From NCBI GenBank assembly GCA_965113315.1, contig OZ220365.1: a stretch of 64,000 nt of DNA; one strand, written 5' to 3'. Within the stretch, counting starts at the first letter, position 1. Every line of letters starts with the position of its first letter. Below are positions 11,421-24,383 of the stretch, in pieces. The notes beneath the pieces are model-generated. The model made no database searches. It was not told the origin of the DNA and saw only the letters and a program-made list of their open reading frames with translations. The DNA comes from Podarcis vaucheri (lineage: Eukaryota). The position numbers and the translations under genes were made by a program.

Positions 11421-14400
11421 CTTGGGGCCCAAAATGCTTTGACTATGTTTTTATACACTTTTATCAGAGTTCCATTAGGGATGGAACTGTAGAAGTCAAT
11501 TAGCATATCTTAGAAAAACTGTTGTTTCAACTTCCAACACATTTATCAAGCCTGACTGATATAGAACATTTCCAATGGAGATAATTTTGCATGATTTGAC
11601 CCCTTGCCACACATAGATTGGACAAATTGTATGGGTGTTTCTCAGAGCTCTTGGCACTCGGTGACATTGATGAAGGAAGGACCCACCTAATTTGCACTAC
11701 CTGCCTGGTTCCTCTTGACAGAAATTATCAGTGCAAAGCAGACCTTGTGAAAATACCTTACACAACCCTGTTGACATATGAACCAGACACCAAAACAATG
11801 GAGGTTATGTTCATCTTGTTGTGTCCTGGACAAGTCTCCTGGAATGGCTGTAAAAAAACTTTATTGTGAGTAAGGGTATGCATAGTCTGAGAGAAGCAAC
11901 TGTGATTCATCATACAGAAACTTTGTGGAATCTAAGGATAACTGGGTCTGAGTTGTCAGTGTATGGTGGATCATGTGAGAACCCTGAGTTCTGTCAGGAC
12001 AAGTTCCATCATGGAATATAGGCAGGATATAAATATAATAAAAGTAAAACATTGCAGTGGTACCCAAAAGACTGATATTCTGAATGAGGCTTTTCTTCAT
12101 TCAAGACAGCAGCACTGAATGGAAAAATTCTCAAACGTTGTTAAGCCAAGTGAGCACATGGAATCTACAAGCTGGTTCTACAACAAGGAACTTTTGCCAA
12201 AGCCGTTCCCCTTAGAGATATTCAAGGAAACAAACAAGCACTATCTTACAAATTCCAGCTAAGAGAGCTGCTTGCTATAAATAACTATACATTTTGCAGT
12301 TTTACCATATGAGTGAATTCCTTGGGGCTTCAGCTCTATTTTGTACCCCAATTTGTCATCTCTAGTTTTGTCTTTGGAGATCAGAAGTTGATCACGGCTT
12401 CAAAACGCTTGTATGACACACCAAAGGTTGTCTGTTGATAAGCCAACAGGGTATGCACAGATTATATGTAAAGAACTATGGATTTGACTACAAATCTCAG
12501 ATGTTGTCTTCAGGAGAACATCCATGAACGGCTAGGTAACAGAGCAATTATTTATATTACCTTTTGAACCAGCTCCTCATATATTCAATATAAGTACACA
12601 AACAATAAAGAGCATTGTTTAAAGCTGGAAACAAGAGAAATGTCCACAATGACTCATGCATAATTCCCTCAGATTAATTTGTAAAACATGCCGTTCCCAG
12701 TCCCTAGGAGCTGGAGGAGGGGTGAAACTGTTGAATCACAAGGAATGAACGCACTAATCCGTGTGACCAATTTTTGGACAGGCCTTGCTTACAAACTTTG
12801 CTTCCTTATTTCGAAGTTATTTTGACAGAACCAATTGCTGCCTGCTGGGGTATCTATTTCCCCCCCGCAATAAGAGTCAACGAATCCACACAGCCATTGT
12901 GCTGTTTTAGGGCAAACTTTGACTACCAGAGGAACTGCAGTCTGAGAAGCTCCTTAGTTAGTACTCCATTAATAGCTATATAATTGCCTGAAGGTGCACA
13001 GACTACTAGGCTGTGTGTGAAACTAACATTATTTGGCTAGCTGTGTGGCTATTAAGACTTGATCCACAAGTTAAATTTATGACCTTGGTGCTACAGAGGA
13101 GGAAGATAGTTTTGGTGCTGAAAATGCTGAGCATCACTTTGTAGAAGCACCCAACCACCCCATGTAACTGGGGTCAAGTCTGTCATCACTAGGGAACATG
13201 CATTTAAAGGTTATTTCAGTGGCATAGTTCAAATTAGCTAAATCACACTGGTGCTGCTTCACACATGGCCTTCGCACCAAAACTCTCTGCCACTGAGAAG
13301 GCAAACATGCTACAAAAAGCTTCTGAATTAGACTCGTTTATACTTCATTGCATGACACCCAAAACACAGCTTTCTTTAAAGTCTGAATCCAATAACCAAA
13401 GAACTATGACAGTTTGACTTACAAGTTCCTTGTTCCACATGTAAATATTGAAGAATCTGTCCACTAAATAAGCAAGGTAACTCCCATGTACATTAACATT
13501 TAAAACAATACATTAATTGGGGAGAAACCACCCTTTCTACTAAGATTAAAAAATGCCTTGAAACTGTTGGAGCTGGCTATGTAAACCAGGAGTCTTACAG
13601 ACTTTGTAAGTGGGGAGTTTTACAGGTTGAAAGTGTGTCCTGATGGAACTACCATAAGAATCTATTGTCTTACCTTCACTTCCTAAAAAGGAAATGAAAC
13701 CACAAAACCTACAGTCATACCATTGTAGATATCCCTTGTCTGGTATGCTGCCTCCAGCAGTAGTTAAATACTCAGTGATTCAAAGCAAACAGAACAGAAA
13801 ACATGAAGCACCTGGCAAGTTTTTGATGGAATATTCACAAATGGAGTGTGATGGTGGGTAGGGAAAAACGCCTTCTTCATCCACTTGGCTAGTCAATTTC
13901 TACCCTAAATGTAAAGCCTCAAATGCTGGAATTCTTGGTCTGTCTAGAATACCTGCATAAATTACTGATGTACATAATCTAATTCAGAAACTGACTCAAA
14001 GCCCAAATATCTGAAAAACCAAACAGGAGGTTTATGGAGCCTATAATAGCATTTCATTTTGTGCTTGGGTACTGAGGATACTACCGTTAGTTAGCATTTA
14101 TTAAAGACTCCCTTGCAGGGAGGGCCACAATGTATGCTGGACAGATGAATAGGAGGAAGAGTAATCAAGGACTGATAAATTATTTCTTGGACTAAGGTGG
14201 AAAAGAACAAGATAGCTGTGAAGAAGCATGCATGGTGGTTTGGAGAATTATTTCCTAAAACACTGGATCTTATGGAGGAGTGTGAAACAGTTGGAGGAAA
14301 GTGGGAGGCTAGATACCTTCTATATGGAGGGTGTAATGTCAAAGAAATAGGAATGAGAAAATGAAGTAGTAGATGAGCTTTTGAAGGGCAAAGGGAGAGA

Positions 14401-14689
14401 AAAATGTAGAAGTGTTAAAAGGGAGGACTAGCAGAAAGTCAGTGGAATGGATAGCTTTAAAGTGCTCTCTTCTTTATGTACTAAACCTGTCTAGATGTTG
14501 GGACTGACTGCAGCTCCCTAAATGAAACCACAGTGAGTGGCAAATCTGAGTTTGCTGCTGCATAATGAGTGGAACAGTAGAAATTGAGGATCTGAAGCTT
14601 AAAGCAGATGTGGAATGTGAAAGGAAGCTAGTGAGGAAGTTCAATATGGACAACACTATTGAAACTTCAGGGTGCATGTGTCTTTAATT

Positions 14690-15109
14690 AAAAGCTTCCT
14701 GTTCACTGGTTCTACCCCTTTTATTGCTTCCTGTTGAGCATGGCAGTGAGATAACAGAGGAATAATATATTAATTGTTAGCAGAATCACTTTTCTTAACT
14801 GTCCATCAATGCTTGCACAGTTCATGGGGTAAGGGGTTAATTACTTATTTCCTCTCGTTTTTATATAACAAAAGAAAACAATTCTATTGAATACATTTTA
14901 AAAACAGAAAATGAAGGGAAACATGTAATTAAAGCCTGTAACTAAATTAAATAGGAACATGTACCGTAATTAAATCAAATAGGAACTGACACTAAGTAGA
15001 AATCAACAGAGGCTGTTCAAGGGACAATTAACAAGTTGTACATCAGTAATTCTCAGGGAACACTTAAAAGCGGGGATGAAAGGGACAGAACTTGCAACAG
15101 GAAGCTTTT
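14690..15109. repeat. Old foldback element with ~35-bp imperfect terminal inverted repeats
   Basis: AAAAGCTTCCTGTT (14690-14703) and AACAGGAAGCTTTT (15096-15109) are perfect reverse complements; the match extends imperfectly inward. Confidence 0.6.
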
Positions 15110-15818
15110 GATCAGTGTCAGAAGGGAAGACCACTGCTGACTAGGATTTGCTTCTGGATAAAGATAATTGAAGGATGCTGATCAGCCAGAAGGACATTGA
15201 TGGATAATGCAGTACTATGTAAGTGCTCTGTGGAACCTCTTTACATAATGCCTCAACAGTGCTACAGAGCCCAGCATGGAAGGCACTAAAAGAATATTTA
15301 GCCCTCTAAGATGATGGATTGCACCTGACCAAGGCACATGGAGGGGTCACTCACTAGTAACATTCGGTATGTTTTCCATAAAAGTTTGTATGTATGTAAT
15401 CTGCCATCCTACTCATGGATGAATTGCTTATACCCAGTTGATGTATTAGACATCTCTGAAACATCAAGAGGCACGTTCACACATGATTATCCATCACTTG
15501 ACCACAACATCCAGTGTGGGCTTGAATGTGCAAAACATCAGCTCAGATACAGACTTTATATCATAGGACATTACCTAGCTTACAATGTTTCTCAGTGGAT
15601 CCAGTGTACAAACTCAGTTGGAAGCTACTGCATATCAAGTAACCAAATTATGAGGCTGTTGGGTGATGTACACAGATCTGTAAATCAGAATTAAGAACTA
15701 TTGCAGTGTCAATAATGACAGCGGAACTATATTTTTGGGGTGAAATAGATTTTAGTGCTTATCTAGCGTGTCACTATGTGTCAACAGAACTGTCAACTCT
15801 ATTTTGTTCCTTTGTTTA

Positions 15819-15990
15819 CCGTATTTTTCGCTCTATAAGACGCACTTTCCCCCTCCTAAAAAGTAAGGGGAAATGTGTGTGCGTCTTATGGAGTGAATGC
15901 AGGCGGGAGGCTCTGCTCAGCGCTCCCTTTAAAGAGTGTGTGTGCCCTTTAAATGGAGCGTGTGTGCGGCTCTTCGGGGGATTTTGGGAT
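15819..15990. mobile_element. Tc2/mariner-type MITE, one end only
   Basis: TA + CCGTATTTTTCGCTCTATAAGACGCAC with internal inverted GTGCGTCTTAT. Confidence 0.7.
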
Positions 15991-17289
15991 GGTGAACAAT
16001 CAGTTACATCAAGGTACAAATGCAATAAACTTTCTTAGAACCAGAAACAGCAACTTGTGAACAAGATTATTGGTGAGCTTGAGAACTCCTCTCCCAGCAT
16101 GGCTGCAAAGAGTTCATCAGCTTTTTCTTTTTTCTTTACTACAGTTTGCTGTGTTGTTTGAAATGATGGGCTGTGGTTAATGTTAAGTATGTTTTGTTTT
16201 AAATCAAGCTGCCCTAGAGAAGCAGAGGCGAGTGGCAGAAGTCCAAAGCTCCCTGCAGATTTTTAATGTCATGCAAAATTATGGTCAGCGTGACTTCTGA
16301 AGACGACACAGTTTTGTTCAACATCCCATTCTCAATGAGATTTTTTTTTCTGATAAAAGGAAGAACTATAAGAACCCTAATTTTACCTGCAAGGAAGTAA
16401 TCCTTTTGTAAGTATGAGGTTACCCAACCCATTAATAGAAATATTGTACCAGCTTTTGTTTTATACTGGTAGGGAAGTCTATCAAATAATTGATTATCAA
16501 TAGTTCATAAACCTTTGCCAACAAATAGGAAAAGATTGAATGCTCCAAGTATTGGAGACTAGAAGTAAATGTGTTTTGCTTCTTTCCAGGTGATATAATC
16601 CTGCTGCTCCACACAGGCAGGTTAGGAAGAAAACGTAACTTGAGCTGTCTCAATTTGTCCTCGTTTGCAGGGGGCTTGTTCTACCAGACTTGTTACTTCT
16701 TGGTGCTTACAAAAGTGTTGTTGGATGCTACTAGGATGAGTGGGAGAAACAAATCTAGGACCCACTAATGGAAACAGATTGTTTCATCCAGTTTCTTGAC
16801 CTCATAGGGGTGCTCTAAGCTTGATTTTATTATCTTTGCCATATCACTTTCAGATCATTAGATACAAGTTACTAAAACTTAAAACTATCATATAAAAAGC
16901 TTGCTGTGCCAGAATATACAATGCCGCTTTAGGAAATCATCATTCTTTTGCAAAGAAAAGGTTGTTTGACAAAACTCTAAATTATTTCCCTGGGAATTTT
17001 TTTCTGGCTTGGTTGTGTTTATTCCTTTGCCGCTTACTCGCTCATTCTTGCATTTACTGCCCATTAATAACAAGTGAACACAACAGTTTATTTGATTCCT
17101 TTATGAACTGTAGATGTTTCAACTCCATATAACATCAGGATAGGGAAAGGGGGATATGGCAAGAAGCCCAGGAAAAGGCAAGTTAAGTAGGATTGGGAAT
17201 TGGACACAAAGACAATAAGCCTTCAAGCCAGTCTTCATTAAGTAGTTTTATATCCATTGGAGAAAGAATTATGGTGTAATATATGCCAC

Positions 17290-17700
17290 GTGGAGACTTA
17301 TGGATGTTAACAGGAGTATTATATAAAGTCACATAAATCTATGGTGTGACCACATTCAGATTACTCTTTACAGTTCTGGTCCCCATCTCAAAAATGATAC
17401 TGTGATACAGGGGAACATATATAAAAGGGCAGCTAAAATGATCAGAGGCTGGATCATTTCCGTTTTGAAATAAGCTTTTAGTCAGAAAATAAAAGCATTT
17501 TAAAAAGGAATTGTGGAAACTGAAAACTGAGACTGAAACAAGAGACATTAATTTCCCTCAACACCATCAGACTTGTCACATGGAGTAGCAACAGGTACAA
17601 GGTATAGCTTCTGTCAAAAGGTCACTTAAAAAAGGGTCGAGACAGACAAATTTATAGTACATAAATCTATTGGCGGCTGCTAGTTATGGTAAAAAAATAT
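17290..17700 (+). mobile_element. Degraded CR1 ORF2 3' remnant
   Basis: aaatctatggtgtgaccacat...cagttctggtccccatctcaaaa...aaaagggcagctaaaatgatc. Confidence 0.7.
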
Positions 17701-18251
17701 GAATGGGATCCTTATATTCAAACATGCAACAGTGGGATTAATTTTAGAAGGGGATAATTTGTGGGTGGATTTTTAGATGGGGTTCCAAGTGGCTACCTCT
17801 GCCCATCTAGAAATCTGGAGGTGAAACTGCCGCGCCCCCCCCCCGAGCTTCAGAGCACCACACCTTATGAGATAAGCATCTCCTGCATAGCTCCCAATAG
17901 TCTGGATTCAACCAGAGAAACCTCAGTTTTGAATGCCCAATGAAAGCTGTTATGCCTGTGTATTTGTGCAGGATAAGCAACCCTGGCATCTCAATGTCTT
18001 TTTTGATTCTAAGCAAAAAAAATAAATCAGAAGCTGCTATGTAACAAAGCTTGATGTCCAGTCATTGGGATGGGGAGTTGTTGGAAGGAGTTGTTGCTTT
18101 TTAAAAAAAATGTAATTTACTTGACACATCAAGCTGTGTGATGTTACTTAAACCGCTTTACTTTTTTTTTAAAAAAACTTTTCATTGTTAAGCAGTTTTC
18201 AAGAGCAATTCTTAACCACCTTGTGTCTATGGTGCCAATACTCCTCTAGGT

Positions 18252-18653
18252 CAGGGGTCAACAAAAATTTTCAGCAGGGGGCCAGTCCACTATCCCTCAG
18301 ACCTTGTGGGGGGCCAGATGGCGGCAGCAGAGGGATTATGAGCGGCGTGCAAAAGAGCTCTAGAGAGGGGTTGCTTTAAATGCAGCCGCTCACGTGATCA
18401 CGCTGCTGCTGCTGGTACCAATCAAATCCCAGCTCCCTTCCTCCACAGGGCAAGGAGAAGCCAGGAGGCGGGAGGGAGGGAGGGAGGAGGTGCCGCCACA
18501 GTGTGTGTGTTGGGGGGGGGGCGATGGCACAGCTTGGATGATCAGAATCAGATTCACACCGACCCACGCAATGATTCCTGGACCATCTGTGGGCCAGATC
18601 CAGCAGGCAATTGGGCTGGATCCAGCCCCTGGGCCTTAGTTTGCCAACCTGTG
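18252..18653. mobile_element. Non-autonomous hAT (Charlie/Buster-like) with GC-rich interior
   Basis: Ends CAGGGGTCAAC.../...GTTTGCCAACCTGTG; perfect TSD CTCTAGGT at 18244-18251 and 18654-18661. Confidence 0.88.
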
Positions 18654-20409
18654 CTCTAGGTCTCCTGTGGATGTATGGTAAGCATTATTTTTATGGGCCA
18701 AGAAAGATGCTGCCTGCTTCAGTAATAAACCACACATGTCCAATCCACTCACAACACCAAGAAAAAAGAACCACTTTGAAGCAAATTCTGGTTTGAAATA
18801 AGCCTTATAACCCTTATAATAACTTGAAGAGCAGGTAATATAAACATGAATGTCTCATTATTTTAATCATACGTTCTATTTGCCGTTGTATTTAAATGTT
18901 GAGGCACTTTCTACAATTTGCATAAATTCAGTGAGCCCTGCTCTAACAAAACAGCTGTAGGAATGAAAAGAGAATGTAAAAAAATATTTTCCCCCCCTTA
19001 CCAGAGGAATTTTTTTCATACTATCTGCCCTTTATTTTAAATTTCTGAACACAGCTGCAAATAAATATACCATATGTCTGATCCCTGATGCTGGCTTTAA
19101 TCTTTACAAACCAACTATGGTTGAGGCTTGCTAAATCCCTTATGTAGCATTTCTCAGCAATTATCAGCTGCATTATCACACCACACCTGTGTGTAATCAT
19201 TGCATACAAACTACTGGTGTGCCTGATTTTGAGCAATAATGTCAATCACAACCACAGCTAAAGCAGTTCTATACAGTATATCAGTTTCCTGCCTGTCCCA
19301 TACAGTATTGCCACTAATTTTCTCTATTTATGATCTCTCCTATCCTTTCAATATATCACCTAGGAAGTGGGTGGGGTCAGGGCCAGTGCTATCATTGGGT
19401 TAGACATCAGAGTACTGACGTTTGAGGGACATGGTTTGATACAGAGTAGTTTTTGTTACATCTTATAAATTTCTGATAATATTTTACTTTTATTTTATAT
19501 TTTGAATGCAGTTTCTCAAAACTCAGACTTATAAAATGTACCTATGCTCAACAATGTTGCAAAAGGGAATAGCTGGCTTGGCAAGTATATAACTTTGAAG
19601 ATTTCCGAGCATCAGCACTTGACTTAAACTAAAGGAATCGGTGACAAAGTGGGCAAAGGAAAAGGCACCTAAGGTGATATTTTGATGTGCCTGAAATCGA
19701 AACGTTTAAGAGACTCAATTCACAAGTTTATTCAAAATGATTTGTGTGCTAAAACATTTTCTTTTGTATTTGAGAAAGACAATCAAAGGTTGTTGTGCTA
19801 CTTATTCCTGCCATTTAAAATAAAATTAGCAGCTTCAAGTTTTTGTGCTTTTCAGTTTTGCTACAATATATCTGTTTTTTAAAACTGAAGTTAGCAATTT
19901 TGGAGGGGCGCGCGCGTTGCAATAGCTTAGGGCGCAACATAGTCTGGCACCGACACCGGAGTAGCAGGCAGAATAGTTATTATTTATTTATTATTTAAAG
20001 CACAACGATTGCATCACAAGCGGCACATTCATAACTCACATGCTCCGTGCACGCTGCGTCATGGCGGCTGTGATTTAATTTCAGAAAGGAGCAGGCGCCT
20101 GAGAAACTTTGCCTGCTTGTCAGGAAGAGCAAATCCCCACCCGAGAGTGACGAAGCACAAAGGAGGCAGTGTGCGCGTGTGACAGATGCCGCTATTATTG
20201 GGCTGTTGTATATCCAGAAACATTTTAACCAGAACAGACCCATTAAAAAGAATGGACCTAAGTCAGCCCTGCCAAGTCATTGCAGTTAAGTCTGTTCTAA
20301 CGTTGGAAGCAACCCATTGTGTTTTCCCTGTGTTTGAAGCAGCGCACATGAGGATCTATCAGTGTCAGTCAACAAGTAATACATATACAGTATAATGCAG
20401 CTTATGGCA

Positions 20410-20975
20410 ATAACAAACAACGCGCTCTCATTTTCCGCATGCGCGGTGCGATGCAAGGCTTCTCCACACACCCCCACACCTCGCGCGCTTGCGGCGCAAG
20501 GCACTCTGGGTAGCGTTGCCCGGTTACCGTTGCTATGGAGGGCCTAGCGCCCCCTCGCCGCTCTCTCGCCCCGACAAAGCTTTGATTTGCGGAGATGGTG
20601 AAGCAAACGATCCAGATCTATGCCCGGGTCAAGCCCCTCGGCAGGAGGCAGCCGCCGGGGGTAGGTGGCGCGGGGACGAACCAGCTGCGTCCGAGGGACG
20701 GAACGAACGAATAAATAAATAAATAAATATACAGGACGTCACGGGGGGGGGGTGGAGTGGCTGCTGCTGCATGTGAGGGGCGCCCTTTGGCAGGGAAGGG
20801 ATGGAGGGGACCCTGCTGTGGAGACGAGCTGGAAGAGGAAGGCGAGGAGGGCGGCCCGCTGAGCAAGTTGTGGCTTGGTGTGGCTGATGCCTGAGAAGCG
20901 AATGCGCCGCCTTAGGCAGTCGCAGGCGCGTCGAGAGCGAATCCAGACGATCTTTCTGTTCACGTGATTGGTAGA
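20410..20975. promoter_or_regulatory. CpG island / KIF6 promoter with X-box-like, NRF1-like, E-box and CCAAT motifs
   Basis: Dense CpG around exon 1; GTTGCCCGGTTAC (20515-20527), GTTGCTATGGAG (20529-20540), CGCATGCGC (~20436), CACGTGATTGG (20961-20971). Confidence 0.85.
20595..20660 (+). CDS. KIF6: KIF6 coding exon 1 (MVKQTIQIYARVKPLGRRQPPG)
   Basis: ATG in GAGATGG context; in-frame upstream TGA at 20583; donor GGG|GTAGGT at 20661. Confidence 0.95.
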
Positions 20976-21081
20976 ATCACCATAAAGTTCTGGTCTGTTG
21001 AATCACTCATCAAAGAACTCATTTCCAGCTGGGTTTTTCCCCCTTTCTTTTTCTGTATCCTACACAAGTAGAAGTTGTAAG

Positions 21082-21264
21082 CAGGGGTGCCAACTTCAAT
21101 AAAATATTGGGGGGGGGCAGGTGAGCCCCACCCCACATAATTGACCAAATGAGACGGTGCATTCAAACTGAACAGCAACGCCCATCATCTTTGGGGGGGG
21201 GGCTGGCCCAATCAAACAATTTGTTGAGGGTTGGCCCCTTGGCCTCTAGGATTTGGCTCCTGTG
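21082..21264. mobile_element. hAT MITE
   Basis: CAGGGGTGCCAA...TTGGCTCCTGTG; TSD gttgtaag/gttgtacg. Confidence 0.78.
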
Positions 21265-21451
21265 GTTGTACGTTTTCATGGGAATTTAACCCATATTCGT
21301 CATAGCAGCTTGTTTTGGCCCTAAACGGAATATGTATAAATATATATACTATCACCATTAGAATGGGTTGTTGGATACCTGGGAGTTGGGATTTTGATTG
21401 TGACACTCTGAATGCTTTGGCAAAGTTATAATGATGATGATGATGATGATG

Positions 21452-21630
21452 ATAGAATCCTAGAACTGTAAAATTGGAAGGGATCCCGAGGGTCATCTCG
21501 TCCAACCCCCTACAATTCTGGAATCTCAACCAGATCATACATCACAGATGGCTTGTCAACCTTAGCTTAAAAACCTTCCACGTAGGAGAGTCCACCACCT
21601 TCAGACAAAGTCCATTCCACTGTTGGACAT
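21452..21630 (-). mobile_element. CR1 3' end, preceded by (GAT)n microsatellite
   Basis: atagaatcctagaactgtaaaattggaagggatcccgagggtcatc. Confidence 0.75.
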
Positions 21631-21668
21631 CTCTTAATGATCCTTCCCCCATATATCAATTGTAAATA

Positions 21669-21916
21669 CAGTGGTACCTCGGCATGCAAATGGGATCTGT
21701 TCCGGATCCCTGTTCGCATCCTGAATAGAACGTAAGACGCGTCGGCGCGTCGGCCTTGTTTTGCCACTTCTGCACATGCGTTTGACGTCATTTTGAGCGT
21801 CTGCGCATGTGCGAGCGGCGAAACCCGGAAATAACGCGCTCCGTTACTTTCGGGTTGCCGCAGAGCGCAACCTGAAAGCACTCAACCTGAAGCACATTCA
21901 ACCCGAGGTATGACTG
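21669..21916. mobile_element. Tigger/pogo-type MITE
   Basis: TA-CAGTGGTACCTCGG...CCGAGGTATGACTG-TA. Confidence 0.88.
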
Positions 21917-22239
21917 TACAGAACAGTAAATAAATAAATGACATTACGTTCTGTAGAATCAATTAAATTATGTATTTGCGTATCTTTAACTGTTGAATGG
22001 CAGACAACTCTGCAACTGAAACTCTTTCCTCAATTCCCCCTGCCAACTATGATTAATAGGAAATGGTTTACCTGCTATTATGCAAGTTTTTTTAAAATGC
22101 AAAGAACTTGCCAGAAAAAAATAACAACCTATGGTATCTATCTGCACCATGAAGCCCCTGCCCTAATTGGCTCACTATGGCAATCATAGTCCCTGGTAAT
22201 TACCTGCAAGACTTGTTTGGTAGTTGGAGTAGGGCTTAA

Positions 22240-22372
22240 CAGGTCTTTTTTCAGCTGGAGCTCACCAGAGCTGTTTCAGCACCTCTCGGGTGGGCACCAC
22301 TGCTATTTTAAGAGAACAAGGGAGGTGTTCATGATGAGTTCCGACAACTCTTTTTCTAGAAAAATCGCACTG
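22240..22372. mobile_element. hAT MITE related to 1468-1602, opposite orientation
   Basis: Shares TTTTTCTAGAAAAA palindrome and GCACTG end. Confidence 0.6.
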
Positions 22373-22741
22373 GAACTTACATTTGATATGACACACACAG
22401 TTCTGTATTTAATAGGTGGTGAAGATCTGGCTTATTATCCTGCCATATTCCTCTATACATTGCATGTGTAAGATTTCAATGTTTTCCATACAAATATATT
22501 TTCCTTATTTGTGTATAATTTGGTAACAGATGTGAATATAGACCCTTCTTGATATTACTGGTTTCATTATTGGTATTACTATTAGATATATTCTCTTTTT
22601 TAAAAAGCCTATTGGAAGTTGTCCATAGAGTCTACAGTTTTAGGTCTAAGGGTAATTTATGCTGTATTCTGAAAAAAATAAATAAATTGGAATTTCACCA
22701 ATACAAATAACATATTAAAAGACTCCATATTTATTTTGTAG

Positions 22742-22851
22742 ATATATTCAGTTGAAGAAGATGAGGCATCAGCATTCAGTTTGGAGATTATTGTGCCACG
22801 TGATTTGGCAGATGGATTTGTCAATAACAAACGAGAAAGCTACAAATTTAA
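22742..22851 (+). CDS. KIF6: KIF6 exon 2 (IYSVEEDEASAFSLEIIVPRDLADGFVNNKRESYKFK)
   Basis: Acceptor ttttgtag|, donor AA|gtaagt, 110 nt. Confidence 0.96.
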
Positions 22852-24308
22852 GTAAGTTAATTTGTCCCCTTGGTACATAGTTAATTTTAGGAATGTTGTA
22901 TGTTTGAACATTGTGAATGGCACAATGGCAAAACACAAAAATGCCATCTGATAATGTTCCATCATGTTGTTTTATAGTTTGCAATCCTTTCCCCCGCCCA
23001 CTGAACCCTGTGCTAAAAGGCAGGGAGGGGCGGGTGTTCACAGAGAATGTTATAGGGTGGCATTTTCATAGGTTATCCTTGCATGTTGTTTTGTAGTAGT
23101 GCTATTATACCATGTGATCATAAGGCAACTCTGTTGTGTACTGTAGGGAGAGAAAAGAGTTAGAAGTGATACCTTTACTGCCTGATTGCATGCATCTTCA
23201 TTTGGAAATAATGGGATTACACCCAAATAAATGTGCATGGAATTAAAAGGAGTGCTGTTCTAGGGTAGTGGTGAGGAACCTCCATCCCATGGGCCTGATA
23301 AGGCCCACCAAACCTAAATCCAATTGAATTCAGTTGAAATTATTTCTGGGTAAATGAGTTTGAGATTGCAATGTAAAGTACCATTCCTGTCTGTTTCAAT
23401 TTCCTTGTTTGGGAATGAATGACGGTTATTGATATTGTTGAAGGATGCTATAATTATGCTGAAAGCAGTCTAAAACAGTCTAGAATTATGAAGAATGAAT
23501 TTGCTAACTATTTTGAAATTAAGTATTAAGGCTTAGTGATGAAGTAGTAGCTTTTGTTTTGTTTTAGATTTCAAAGCCATTACATAACATTAACTTCTCT
23601 CTGCTTTATACTGAAGTGAATGGACATGAGAACCAGAAACCTGAAGGCTTCCAAAACATTTGTAGTAGAAAAAAATGGAGTAGTTCAGAATAGTTTCTAT
23701 TAAAGAAGTAGGTGGAACACATATTTGACAGAAATGTTCCACAGAGCAGGGTTCTCCTATTCTTATGCAGAGGCTGCTGCTGTCACGTTTTTTAAAAAAA
23801 CCTGCTGTAAATATGATGCTACATTAAGATGCTAAAAGATTTGTATTAAGTGTTGCAAATTGGGTACAATTCTTTTGAAGGATTGGATCTTCGACTAAAA
23901 TAACTTCCTTAATGACTTCCCTTTCTTCTTCTGTAGAAGAAAACTGAAAATAATTTGTACTGTTTATATGATCTGTTTGATTCTTGGGTTAATTATACAA
24001 GTCCTGTGTGAGGCCATTTGGAAGCACTGATCCCCTTGACAGTAGTAAAATACAGTTTGCTTTTTTCTAAGCAGTATAATTTTATCAGAGGATTTTATTG
24101 TAGAGTGTTTGTCAAAGCAGCAGTGTTTACAGTCTTTTGTGGATACAATAGCACAACAGCATAGTGTAGTAAAGACTACAGGGAAAACATTGTACTGGGT
24201 TATGTAAGTTCAGTGATGTAAACATTGACTTAGTTACAAACATATTTTTTAAAATAAAAAAAGAAGTAGTGTTTAAGATTTGCATGACCAATTGTTCATA
24301 ATTTGCAG

Positions 24309-24383
24309 ATTTCAGAAAGTTTTTGATCAGGAATCAAAACAGGATGAAATTTTTGAAGCCATTGCCAAGCCGGTTGCGGAATG
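24309..24383 (+). CDS. KIF6: KIF6 exon 3 (FQKVFDQESKQDEIFEAIAKPVAEC)
   Basis: Acceptor tttgcag|, donor TG|gtaagt, 75 nt; phase compatible with exons 2 and 4. Confidence 0.96.

Noticed and set aside
1-20400. Coding exons of an upstream gene such as DAAM2
   Set aside because: No ORF or spliceable segment with recognisable similarity was seen; the neighbour is assumed only from mammalian synteny.
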